A stretch of 31,187 nucleotides of DNA from Macrostomum lignano (lineage: Eukaryota), in the NCBI GenBank assembly GCA_002269645.1, contig NIVC01002357.1, positions 1 to 31,187 on the forward strand. The letters are read 5' to 3'. This document shows positions 1 to 16,712 of the stretch, in pieces. A model generated the notes under the pieces. It did no database searches. It was not told the DNA's origin and was given only the letters and a program-made list of their open reading frames with translations. Made by a program: the position numbers and the translations under genes. Positions within the stretch are counted from its first letter, which is position 1. Every line of letters starts with the position of its first letter.

Positions 1-12
1 TCTGCGGGCCAC

Positions 13-3000
13 AGTCTCCGATCGCTGTTTCTGTGTCTGATGCGTCATCGTCTCCAATCTCTGTTTCTGTGTCTGATGCGTCACCGTCTCTGATCTCTGT
101 TTCTGTGTTGATGCGTCACCGTCTCTGATCTCTGTTTCTGTGTTTGATGCGTCACCGTCTCTGATCTCTGTTTCTGTGTCTGATGCGTCACCGTCTCTGA
201 TCTCTGTTTCTGTGTCTGATGCGTCATCGTCTCTGATCTCTGTTTCTGTGTCTGATGCGTCACCGTCTCTGATCTCTGTTTCTGTGTCTGATGCGTCACC
301 GTCTCCGATCTCTGTTTCTGTGTCTGATGCGTCACCGTCTCTGATCTCTGTTTCTGTATCTGATGCGTCACCGTCTCGATCTCTGTTTCTGTGTCTGATG
401 CGTCACCGTCTCGATCACTGTTTCTGTGTTTGATGCGTCACCGTCTCTGATCTCTGTTTCTGTGTCTGATGCGTCATCGTCTCTGATCTCTGTTTCTGTG
501 TCTGATGCGTCACCGTCTCTGATCTCTGTTTCTGTGTCTGATGCGTCACCGTCTCTGATCTCTGTTTCTGTGTCTGATGCGTCACCGTCTCTGATCTCTG
601 TTTCTGTGTCTGATGCGTCATCGTCTCTGATCTCTGTTTCTGTGTCTGATGCGTCACCGTCTCTGATCTCTGTTTCTGTGTCTGATGCGTCACCGTCTCT
701 GATCTCTGTTTCTGTGTCTGATGCGTCACCGTCTCTGATCTCTGTTTCTGTATCTGATGCGTCACCGTCTCCGATCTCTGTTTCTGTGTCTGATGCGTCA
801 CCGTCTCTGATCTCTGTTTCTGTGTCTGATGCGTCATCGTCTCCGATCTCTGTTTCTGTGTCTGATGCGTCACCGTCTCTGATCTCTGTTTCTGTGTCTG
901 ATGCGTCACCGTCTCCGATCTCTGTTTCTGTGTCTGATGCGTCATCGTCTCCGATCTCTGTTTCTGTGTCTGATGCGTCACCGTCTCTGATCTCTGTTTC
1001 TGTGTCTGATGCGTCACCGTCTCCGATCTCTGTTTCTGTGTCTGATGCGTCACCGTCTCTGATCTCTGTTTCTGTATCTGATGCGTCACCGTCTCCGATC
1101 TCTGTTTCTGTGTCTGATGCGTCACCGTCTCCGATCACTGTTTCTGTGTTTGATGCGTCACCGTCTCTGATCTCTGTTTCTGTGTCTGATGCGTCATCGT
1201 CTCTGATCTCTGTTTCTGTGTCTGATGCGTCACCGTCTCTGATCTCTGTTTCTGTGTCTGATGCGTCACCGTCTCCGATCTCTGTTTCTGTGTCTGATGC
1301 GTCACCGTCTCTGATCTCTGTTTCTGTGTCTGATGCGTCACCGTCTCTGATCTCTGTTTCTGTGTCTGATGCGTCACCGTCTCTGATCGCTGTTTTTGTG
1401 TCCGATGCGTCACCGTCTCTGATCTCTGTTTTGTGTCGATGCGTCACCGTCTCCGATCTCTGTTTCTGTGTCTGATGCGTCACCGTCTCCGATCTCTGTT
1501 TCTGTGTCTGATGCGTCACCGTCTCTGATCTCTGTTTCTGTGTCTGATGCGTCACCGTCTCCGATCTCTGTTTCTGTGTCTGATGCGTCACCGTCTCTGA
1601 TCGCTGTTTCTGTGTCTGATGCGTCATCGTCTCCGATCTCTGTTTCTGTGTCTGATGCGTCACCGTCTCCGATCACTGTTTCTGTGTTGATGCGTCACCG
1701 TCTCTGATCTCTGTTTCTGTGTCTGATGCGTCACGTCTCTGATCTCTGTTTCTGTGTCTGATGCGTCACCGTCTCTGATCTCTGTTTCTGTGTCTGATGC
1801 GTCACCGTCTCTGATCTCTGTTTCTGTGTCTGATGCGTCACCGTCTCCGATCTCTGTTTCTGTGTCTGATGCGTCACCGTCTCTGATCTCTGTTTCTGTA
1901 TCTGATGCGTCACCGTCTCTGATCTCTGTTTCTGTGTCTGATGCGTCACCGTCTCCGATCTGTTTCTGTGTTTGATGCGTCACCGTCTCTGATCTCTGTT
2001 TCTGTGTCTGATGCGTCACCGTCTCTGATCTCTGTTTCTGTATCTGATGCGTCACCGTCTCCGATCTCTGTTTCTGTGTCTGATGCGTCACCGTCTCTGA
2101 TCTCTGTTTCTGTGTCTGATGCGTCATCGTCTCCGATCTCTGTTTCTGTGTCTGATGCGTCACCGTCTCTGATCTCTGTTTCTGTGTCTGATGCGTCACG
2201 TCTCTGATCTCTGTTTCTGTGTCTGATGCGTCACCGTCTCTGATCGCTGTTTTTGTGTCCGATGCGTCACCGTCTCTGATCTCTGTTTCTGTGTCTGATG
2301 CGTCACCGTCTCCGATCTCTGTTTCTGTGTCTGATGCGTCACCGTCTCCGATCTCTGTTTCTGTGTCTGATGCGTCACCGTCTCTGATCTCTGTTTCTGT
2401 GTCTGATGCGTCACCGTCTCCGATCTCTGTTTCTGTGTCTGATGCGTCACCGTCTCCGATCTCTGTTTCTGTGTCTGATGCGTCACCGTCTCCGATCTCT
2501 GTTTCTGTGTCTGATGCGTCACCGTCTCCGATCTCTGTTTCTGTGTTGATGCGTCACCGTCTCTGATCTCTGTTTCTGTGTCTGATGCGTCACCGTCTCT
2601 GATCTCTGTTTCTGTGTCTGATGCGTCACCGTCTCTGATCTCTGTTTCTGTGTCTGATGCGTCACCGTCTCTGATCTCTGTTTCTGTGTCTGATGCGTCA
2701 CCGTCTCTGATCTCTGTTTCTGTGTCTGATGCGTCACCGTCTCTGATCTCTGTTTCTGTGTCTGATGCGTCACCGTCTCCGATCTCTGTTTCTGTGTCTG
2801 ATGCGTCACCGTCTCCGATCACTGTTTCTGTGTTGATGCGTCACCGTCTCTGATCTCTGTTTCTGTGTCTGATGCGTCATCGTCTCTGATCTCTGTTTCT
2901 GTGTCTGATGCGTCACCGTCTCTGATCTCTGTTTCTGTGTCTGATGCGTCACCGTCTCTCTCTGTTTCTGTGTCTGATGCGTCTGTTTCTGTGTCTGATG

Positions 3001-3311
3001 CGTCACGTCTCTGATCTCTGTGTCTGATGCGTCACCGTCTCTGATCTCTGTTTCTGTGTCTGATGCGTCACCGTCTCTGATCTCTGTTTCTGTGTCTGAT
3101 GCGTCATCGTCTCTGATCTCTGTTTCTGTGTCTGATGCGTCACCGTCTCTGATCTCTGTTTCTGTGTCTGATGCGTCACCGTCTCTGATCTCTGTTTCTG
3201 TGTCTGATGCGTCACCGTCTCTGATCCTGATGCGTCACCGTCTCCGATCTCTGTTTCTGTGTCTGATGCGTCACCGTCTCTGATCGCTGTTTTTGTGTCC
3301 GATGCGTCACC
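13..3311. repeat. 36-bp tandem minisatellite, ~90 copies (TCTGTTTCTGTGTCTGATGCGTCACCGTCTCTGATC)
   Basis: Unit read directly. It gives 12-aa periodic ORFs (SVSVSDASPSLI / DGDASDTETEIR / TVTHQTQKQRSE). Recurrent variants (ctctga/ctccga, cacc/catc, tgtg/tgta) and scattered 1-nt deletions are present. Confidence 0.99.
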
Positions 3312-4595
3312 ACCTCTAATCCTGGTCAGTTTATGTACATTCTCCTCTCTCTTTACTCTCGCTCTCTCATCCTGTCTCCTCTGTTTCTCTCGTCCATTCT
3401 CATTGATCGCTCGGAGCCGCTAACTCTCCGCAGTCCAGTTCTGAGACCGTGATTCCTCACTCGCTTGCACTGCTCTTTTTCATGATCCGTTAATCTCTGA
3501 TTCGGTTCTGACGACTCAAGGGAGCTCAGCTGATAAGCGAGAGGAGAGAGAGGAGAAGAAAAGGAGTTGCGACTACTGCCACCTTTCCATTAGTCTGGGA
3601 CCCTCTTTTGACAGTGAATGCGTGACCATTCTCGGTCTAAGAGTCGCATGGCCTCCGCTCCGCTGCTCCCCAACTCCCTAGCAGACAAAAATATCGTCTC
3701 AGCTACGGCCTCCTGCGGTCCGCCTTCTTATCCGCCCACTTCCTCCCCTCAGCTCGAACCGCGAGAGAAGCCTCCTATGCAGCTAGGATAAATTGGGAAT
3801 GGGAGGCGAGCTCAGCGGAGCAAGCAGAATTTCTGGCTAAAGGGAGAGAAAAAAGGGGACAGAGTCAATCAGGACGGCCACAGAGGCATAGCCGGCTGAA
3901 TAAAGTAGATCACCGCCTGGGGGCGATTCCTGTAAATAAGGAGACAAAGGATAGCCGATCCTGATCAGGCATCGCGGCCTTTCCCGCGGATTGCCTTTGA
4001 TTCTTTCTGGGCTGCCGCGCTGCTGACCCCAGACGCGGGTTATGGCTTATAAGCTCTCTCGAGTCAAGAAGGGAGGACTGACGCAGATAGATTGCAGCAG
4101 CGGGACCTCTTGAGTGCTGCTGAGCGCATCTCTTTCCATCTCTCTTCTCCATCTCTTGTCTTCTCTTTAATTGCAAGCTGAGCAGCTGCGGCAGCTGATG
4201 AGGCACTTAGATAAACACACGGGGAGGCTTCTTTGTAGGCAGGTTGCCGTAGCGATTTTAATGGATACTCGTACAGTCTGTTAAGCACAGCCTTCCTATC
4301 TTAGTTCCTCGTTGCTTGCGTGTATTCGAATAGTTGAGGCTTATTAAAAGTGCTAGTGGCTAGGCAAGGCTTTATGAAGCGTGTGTGTTGAACCGAATTC
4401 GAATTCACGTAAGAACTTCTTTGCTTTGATCACTATTTTGCATACATCGCCTCAAAATATTCACGAGTCTACTATGTCTGTGTAGCTATAGCTCTTCTTT
4501 GGAAACCAGCCTCTGAGTTAAGCAGAGTTAGCGGTGGTTAGTACGCAGCTGAATAGCCCCAAAAGGCAACTACCGTGAGCGACGGGCAAAGTAAG

Positions 4596-4733
4596 CTGAG
4601 CTGCAGTTCACCCTGCTGTGATTGTGCAGCAGCTCTGAGCTGCAGTTCACTCTGCTGTGATTGGGCAGCAGCTCTGAGCTGCAGTTCACTCTGCTGTGAT
4701 TGGGCAGCAGCTCTGAGCTGCAGTTCACTCTGC
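4596..4733. repeat. 39-bp tandem repeat, ~3.5 copies (CTGAGCTGCAGTTCACTCTGCTGTGATTGGGCAGCAGCT)
   Basis: Unit seen directly. It ends ~70 nt upstream of the calcineurin B splice acceptor. Confidence 0.95.
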
Positions 4734-4805
4734 ATTTAACCACCTCGCACGTGATGGACATATTGAAGAAAGTCTTTTTACTCTTTACTGCCCGCCTCCA
4801 CCCAG

Positions 4806-4976
4806 GTGCTCAAGATGATGGTTGGCAGCAACCTGAAGGACGCCCAGCTGCAGCAGATCGTCGACAAGACGATCATCTTCGCCGATAAAGACGGCGACGG
4901 TCGAATCTCGTTCAGCGAATTCTGTGACCTGGTCGGCACCATGGACGTGCACAAGAAGATGACCATCGATATTTGA
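4806..4976 (+). CDS. PPP3R1: Calcineurin subunit B (EF-hand regulatory subunit of PP2B), terminal coding exon only; upstream exons are outside the window
   Basis: After a cccag acceptor (AG at 4804-4805) the frame reads [56 protein letters not shown] (TGA 4974-4976). This matches the calcineurin B C-terminus ([37 protein letters not shown]..) including EF-hand 4. No earlier exons were recognisable in 1-4805. This ORF is not in the supplied track. Confidence 0.95.
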   Translation: MLKMMVGSNLKDAQLQQIVDKTIIFADKDGDGRISFSEFCDLVGTMDVHKKMTIDI

Positions 4977-5864
4977 TCGGATTTTAGCCCCCATCAATCC
5001 GCTGATTAGTCAGACAGACTCCCCGTCTCTGGGTGGACAATCAGTGATTTGCAGCAAAACAAATCGAAAGATGCTTAGCCATCTCTAGTTTTTTTAAACA
5101 AATAAGCACACAACCTTTGTGTCGAATTCATTTACGTAAGTCAAATGTTTTACAAATGGATTGCTAATCTAGCCAACATGGTTCAAGGAATAGAATGGAT
5201 TGTCAATTTCTGTTTTATTTAGGTTTTAGATTAGGCAACTAATATATGAGAATACTATATGTTGCTAAAGGCCTGTGGTAGACCAACCAACTCATTTTTG
5301 GCTGGCGAGTTCATTAAAGACGTGTTCAATGATAATTATTCTGTAGAAGAGGCCGCCATTATGTTTAATCGCTTATCAATGTAGATTCGCTGCTTTTGTG
5401 CTTGTCTAAAAATTGCGTCTGTCATAATCGGCTCGCGTCAATCATTAGTTTTCTATTAGTGCTCAAAACCCACCGCAGTTCATAAACTACAGTGAAACAC
5501 TTGGATCTCAAGGCCTGACCTGATCAAGTCATACGGTTTTTTAACAAGTGCACTACTTTTAGTAGCTTTTGTTTGTTTTTGATTTTTAGTAACTTTTTGC
5601 ATGTCGGCTTTTATTCTCTAAAGCAGTTTATTGAAGCCAACCCGGATTTTGATGTTGGTTTTTGAAGGCCACTGACGGGTTTTGTACTTTTAGTATTCAA
5701 TTTGCGTTGTTCTGGTGCATCACCAAGCACGCTGTATACTGAAACCAATTTCAAAGATTATAGAGTTTGCCATAGGCGACTCAAACTTTTTCAAAAGCTT
5801 TTTTGTAGCAATGCTTTTTACTGTATAGGAAGCCGAATTCTGTTGGATTTTAATGCTTAGCAAC

Positions 5865-5870
5865 AATAAA
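5865..5870 (+). promoter_or_regulatory. Candidate polyadenylation signal (AATAAA) of the calcineurin B gene
   Basis: AATAAA ~890 nt after the stop, followed by U/GU-rich sequence (tgttgtctgttttc). Motif only; no transcript evidence. Confidence 0.4.
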
Positions 5871-6010
5871 AATGTTGTCTGTTTTCAATATTTTTTGTTT
5901 CGTGATAATTTAAACAAGCGCCTGGCTGCAATCTTTTTGTTTAATTTCGCGAATCAAATCAAATTACATTTTTTACTCAATATATTTAGAAACAGACCTC
6001 GCGAATGCAC

Positions 6011-6715
6011 GGGAGGGAAAAGGGAATAGAGAGTGGGGAAGGGAGAGTGGGGAAGGGAGAGTGGGGAAGGGAGAGTGGGGAAGGGAGAGTGGGGAAGGGA
6101 GAGTGGGGAAGGGAGAGTGGGGAAGGGAGAGTGGGGAAGGGAGAGTGGGGAAGGGAGAGTATGGAAGGGAGAGTGGGGAAGGGAGAGTGGGGAAGGGAGA
6201 GTGGGGAAGGGAGAGTGGGGAAGGGAGAGTATGGAAGGGAGAGTGGGGAAGGGAGAGTGGGGAAGGGAGAGTGGGGAAGGGAGAGTAGGGAAGGGAGAGT
6301 GGGGAAGAGAGTGGGGAAGAGAGAGTGGGGAAGGGAGAGTGGGGAAGGGAGAGTGGGGAAGGGAGAGTGGGGAAGGGAGAGTCGGGAAGGGAGAGTGGGG
6401 AAGGGAGAGTGGGGAAGGGAGAGTGGGGAAGGGAGAGTGGCAATGGAGAGTGGGGAAGGGAGAGTGGGGAAGAGAGTGGGGAAGAGAGAGTGGGGAAGGG
6501 AGAGTGGGGAAGGGAGAGTGGGGAAGGGAGAGTGGGGAAGGGAGAGTCGGGAAGGGAGAGTGGGGAAGGGAGAGTGGGGAAGGGAGAGTGGGGAAGGGAG
6601 AGTGGCAATGGAGAGTGGGGAAGGGAGAGTGGGGAAGGGAGAGTAGCAATGGAGAGTGGGGAAGGGAGAGTAAGGAAGTGAGAGTGGGGAGCTGGAGAGA
6701 GTGGTAAAGGAAAGA
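6011..6715 (+). repeat. 14-bp purine-rich tandem array (GAGAGTGGGGAAGG)n, ~47 copies, G-quadruplex-prone
   Basis: Unit seen directly, with alternating GGGG and GGG runs and 2-nt/5-nt loops. It contains an internal 165-bp higher-order duplication. Confidence 0.98.
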
Positions 6716-7137
6716 GATGAAGGCATTGCTTCGCAAGAAGTTTCCGCCAAACATTTTAGATCTCCTTTTTAGTGCATTATAGTGGATTTGTTCAGCCAAA
6801 CTGACATTAAAATCATTTCTTCTAGTTAAAAACCCGCGACTAATGGCCTGTCTGTAATACTTTAAGTAGTGTCACAATTTAACTAATGGGCATCAATTCT
6901 TTAAATGTTTCGTTAAGATGTATTACACTGCGACAAAAAAGAGTCGGTTGAATAAGATATATATTTGTATAGATTAATGGCTGATTTGAACTTCGGACAT
7001 GCAGAAAATCGAAAATCTAAAATGATTGACTTTACAAAAATCTGGGCTAGAAACATCGAATCAAAAAGGTCACGTCCAGCCAGTGCATGGATCGAAAAAT
7101 AAAATAGCGAAGCTCTGGCAGGAGTGATAGCCCTGTT

Positions 7138-11467
<4,330 letters not shown>

Positions 11468-11853
11468 TAAGATTGGCTCGGCAGGTTTTTTGTAGAAATT
11501 TTAAATGCTTCTTTCTTATCTTCTGCAACAGTCGTATCCATTGGCGCGGTTGTCTCCGGTTGAAATTTATTGTTTTTTAAGCCTACCAGTTTTTCCAAGA
11601 TATGTCTGATATCAGCTAGCAGCGAGGAGGCCAGTATTTCAGGAGTCCATGGCAAACTGCTGCACCGCCAAGTCTAAAAGCAGCTAGCCTTAAAATAAAT
11701 TTAAATGAATTGAATATTGCGCACTTATTCTTGTTATTTATTATTGTCGATTGATATAAGAGAGAGATGGGAGAGAATACGCTCGTGGGAATATGTTAGA
11801 TTATGCAAAATATATGAGATGGAGTAGAGATAGTTGGATCGAAAATTTGAACA

Positions 11854-12226
11854 GGTGAGATCAGAGTGAGATCAAAGTGAGAGAAAGGTGAGACATGTGA
11901 GATCAAAGTGAGAGAAAGGTGAGACATGTGAGATCAAAGTGAGAGAAAGGTGAGACATGTGAGATCAGAATTAGATAAAGGTGGGGCATGTGAGATCAAA
12001 GTGAGATAAAGGTGAGACATGTGAGATCAAAGTGAGATAAAGGTGAGATATGTGAGATCAAAGTGAGATAAAGGGGAGACAAAGGTGAGACGTGAGATCA
12101 AAGTGAGAAAAAGTAGGTGAGACATGTGAGATCAAAGTGAGATAAAGGTGAAACTTGTGAACTCAAAGTGAGATAAAGGTGAGGTAGGTGAGATCAAAGT
12201 GAGATAAAGGTGAGACAGGTGAGACA
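11854..12226. repeat. 31-bp tandem array built from GTGAGA subunits (GTGAGATCAAA-GTGAGATAAAG-GTGAGACAT), ~12 copies
   Basis: Unit and 11/11/9-nt substructure seen directly. It is followed by an A9 run at 12230-12238. Confidence 0.93.
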
Positions 12227-12834
12227 AGTAAAAAAAAAGCAGCAAAGCAGAGCTTGCTCTAAAGGTTAGCAGCTCTTGCAGCTGCTCAACGAAACAGCAA
12301 CAAGAAGATCTCAAATAGACTAATTAGATTTCTTCACCCCTGCTGGTCGGGCCACTCCCAGAAATGAATTTCTTCGAAGTATTTTAGCGCACACCCCCAA
12401 CCACACAGGCGCCACTCCTCAACTTGTTATCGAGCAGCCAATTCGCAAATGGCTGGCGCCTCGCTTTCCTTTATCAGTTCGGTCACACAAGGCACTATTG
12501 GATTGGATTGGACTATATTGGACAGAGCAGCTGGCAGGTAATGAATGCAAAAGGCGACGGAGTCGTGTTTAAAGTCCCCACGCCGCATTTTGGACCCTCT
12601 TGGCAACCGCTATCCCTCTGAGCTGACCAAGATACGAGATAAAACTCAGCTAAACGCTCAAGGTGCAAAGCGAGATCGTGACCTGAAGGAGTCGTCTTGA
12701 GCCCACCGTCTGTTCGGAATCCAAGAGCTACCTGCAGCTGCGACCATCCCATTGAATTGAGTAAGCCTTAGTTTCGTTAATTGCTAGTTTATTTTCAGTG
12801 CAGCAAGCGCAGCACATTGAAAACAGAACTGGTG

Positions 12835-13623
12835 CTAACCAGCCAACAAACCAGTTATCCAACCATCTAACAACCAACCAGCCAACACACCAGTTATCCA
12901 ACCATCTAACAACCAACCAGCCAACACACCAGTTATCCAACCATCTAACAACCAACCAGCTAACACACCAGTCATCCAACCAACTAACCAAACCAGCTAA
13001 CACACCAGTCATCTAACCAACTAACCTAACCAGCTAACACACAGTCATCCAACCAACTAACCAAACCAGCTAACACACAGTCCTCCAACCAACTAACCAG
13101 ACCAGCTAACACACCAGTCATCCAACCAACTAACCAGACCAGCTAACACACCAGTCATCTAACCAACTAACCAAACCAGCTAACACACCAGTCATCCAAC
13201 CAACTAACCAGACCAGCTAACACACCAGTTATCTAACCAACTAACCAAACCAGCTAACACACCAGTCATCCAACCAACTAACCAGACCAGCTAACACACA
13301 GTCATCCAACCAACTAACCAAACCAGCTAACACACCAGTCATCCAACCAACTAACCAAACCAGCTAACACACCAGTCATCTAACCAACTAACCAAACCAG
13401 CTAACACACAGTCATCCAACCAACTAACCAAACCAGCTAACACACAGTCCTCCAACCAACTAACCAGACCAGCTAACACACCAGTCATCCAACCAACTAA
13501 CCAAACCAGCTAACACACAGTCCTCCAACCAACTAACCAGACCAGCTAACACACCAGTCATCCAACCAACTAACCTAATCAGCTAACACACCAGTCATCC
13601 AACCAACTAACCAAACCAGCCAA
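12835..13623. repeat. C/A-rich tandem array; first three units 39 bp, then 37-bp (and 35-bp) units (ACCAGTCATCCAACCAACTAACCAAACCAGCTAACAC)
   Basis: The ccagt anchor falls at 12851, 12890, 12929 and 12968 (39-bp spacing), then 13005 (37-bp spacing). Confidence 0.97.
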
Positions 13624-13751
13624 TCGTTAAACGAGTTATCGGAACAAATTTTCAACTAAAAGCTAATTCAGTTCCAGCCATAGACAAGTGCTACGTGTAT
13701 CATTTACGCTTGTTAAAGGAAGTTTTATTCAAATATTGAGATGAAGTCTAG

Positions 13752-14855
<1,104 letters not shown>

Positions 14856-16405
14856 ATGACACCAAATAAGCAGCGCATCGGTAAAAAGGATGTGGGCTGA
14901 AGCTCATTGTGGAAGCTAAAGGTGAAGCAGCAGCACAATGGGTGTAAAAATTACCGCTGACATGACCCTTAAAGATGGAGAAGCCTATAGCTATACGTGG
15001 ATTGGATATGGCTATGCTGGGTCAAAATCAATTTTGGCTCAACTCAATCTACTGATGTAAATCTATTTCAAAATGTTATTTGTTTTATTTGTTCGACTTT
15101 TGCACCGGGTAATAATGTATACAATCTATTTATAGTTTCGGGAGGCTTTTATACGTACTTACTAAATAAGTAGCGTATTCCTTCTTGTACATATTTTTGT
15201 CTTGTTTACGATCAAATCAATCTTTTTATAACTGCAGATGCAATAATAGACTGCGGAGCGAACTCGTGTAACGAACTTGTGTTATACTATATTGGACATT
15301 GTTGAATATATCGGACGTATATTGGGGGTTCCATGAGAATTGCCCGCAGACGAATTGCTCACCGAGCTTTTCCCGATGAAACTTTGTCCACAATGCTTTT
15401 TTCCTGCAGCGTATTTAGCCACGCGGCAGATTTTGTCTGCGTTGCCTCCCAGTGCTTAGTAAGTCTTAATAAAGAGAATTAGGGACAGAGCAACATGGCA
15501 TTGCATGAACTAATAGCTCACAGATGTACCCCAGTTACCATCAAAACGTTTTGGTCGGATAAATCTTTTTAAGAGTTACTAAGCATTGCAGGCAAATCTC
15601 GGCGGGCTCAATGGCAAAACCCCCCATTCAGCGTTAATTCGTTTCCTATAGAGTATGCAAAATGCACTAGCGATAGCGATACGACAGGTATGCTTTCCTT
15701 ACCGCCCAGCTCATTTCTAAGAAAATCGAGTTTAGTAGCCCTTCTACTTCAGTTATCCGTGGCTCGACCCTTTGCAATTGGTTTCAATGTGTACACCCAA
15801 TATATACACCCCATGCGCGCACTCCCAAGTGGTTTTTGTTGCAGTACTGAGAGGTGGCACAGGTAAAACTCAAGAGAATTCAAGAGACAATTCAATAAAG
15901 TTCGATGTAATTAAATGTTAAAAGTCTGCGGATCCTGAAGCCTACAAAAGGCTTACAAAATCTGCTTCTTTTTCTGCGGTATGCTCGTCTTATTAGATTA
16001 CTAGTAGTAGTCTGATTGGAAATGGCTTATTATTTATAAACATCGATTCTCTTTTCTCACTTTATAGAGCTGAATCTAATCCAACTATGGAAAATTTGAT
16101 TCGTCGATAGCTCGATGATATGAGCAGGACGATGCGCGAACGTTTATTGAGTAAGTACGGTCAGCAATGAACAGCTGCTATTCTTCATTCTACACAAGAA
16201 TAGAGGTAAAAAAGCACGACCTGGTGACAAGGCTTGGCTTCATGCGACACACTACTAACATTCTAAGCCTGCTCCGTTCACTGGCCTGAGAAGAGAGAGA
16301 GAAAGAGAGCAGAGTGAGGGAGGACAGAAGATACACCTGGGGCAGAGAGCGGGTCTGTACGGCCTGCCCCACCGCCCCACAGTGTACGCGGCTGCCCCGT
16401 CCAAC

Positions 16406-16420
16406 GTTGCCCCTGACAAC
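16406..16420. promoter_or_regulatory. Candidate RFX X-box upstream of DNAI7/CASC1 (GTTGCC-CCT-GACAAC)
   Basis: The reverse strand reads GTTGTC-AGG-GGCAAC, with a perfect GGCAAC half-site and a 3-nt spacer. It lies ~290 bp upstream of a ciliary gene ATG; RFX control of ciliary genes is established. Confidence 0.5.
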
Positions 16421-16712
16421 AGCGCGAGCCTGGCCCGCCAATTCAAAACTGAAGCAACGATAGAATTTTTTCTACAGCACTTCTCAAATTTGCATTCTTT
16501 AGCCTAGAAGCCAGCACTCAGCAATCGGTTAGACAGGCCCATTGTGCTGCGTGCCTGCAGAAAGCATTGTTGAAGTTGCTCCTTGTTCCCGCCAGAGCCT
16601 TGTCCCCTGGCATCCGGCTTCCGGCCAGAAGCAGCAGAAAACGCAATTTGTGAAGAGTTGTGAAGAGTAGAGCCCATCGTATATATAAAAGACCCCACAG
16701 CAGCTCAGCAGC

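Noticed and set aside
81-3283. Long periodic ORFs in the 36-bp array, including an acidic DGDASDTETEIR 12-mer that superficially resembles an EF-hand loop antisense to calcineurin B
   Set aside because: The unit length is a multiple of 3 and lacks stops in three frames, so ORFs are expected. Frequent 1-nt indels switch frames. There is no Gly6/Glu12 or flanking helices, and no unique start or stop context.
3540-3960. CDYCH..C motif and K/E/R-rich short frames suggesting a decayed gag zinc knuckle
   Set aside because: The spacing does not fit CX2CX4HX4C, the frames are short, and no LTR, PBS or pol remnant is visible.
5954-6799. 200-280-aa ORFs on both strands (PHSPFPTL / GKGEWGRES repeats)
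   Set aside because: These are translations of the 14-bp purine array.
12424-12740. YWIGL-containing short ORF resembling a C-type lectin fragment
   Set aside because: The WIGL match arises from a (GGATT)3 micro-repeat and appears in two frames. There is no consistent Cys pattern in a single frame.
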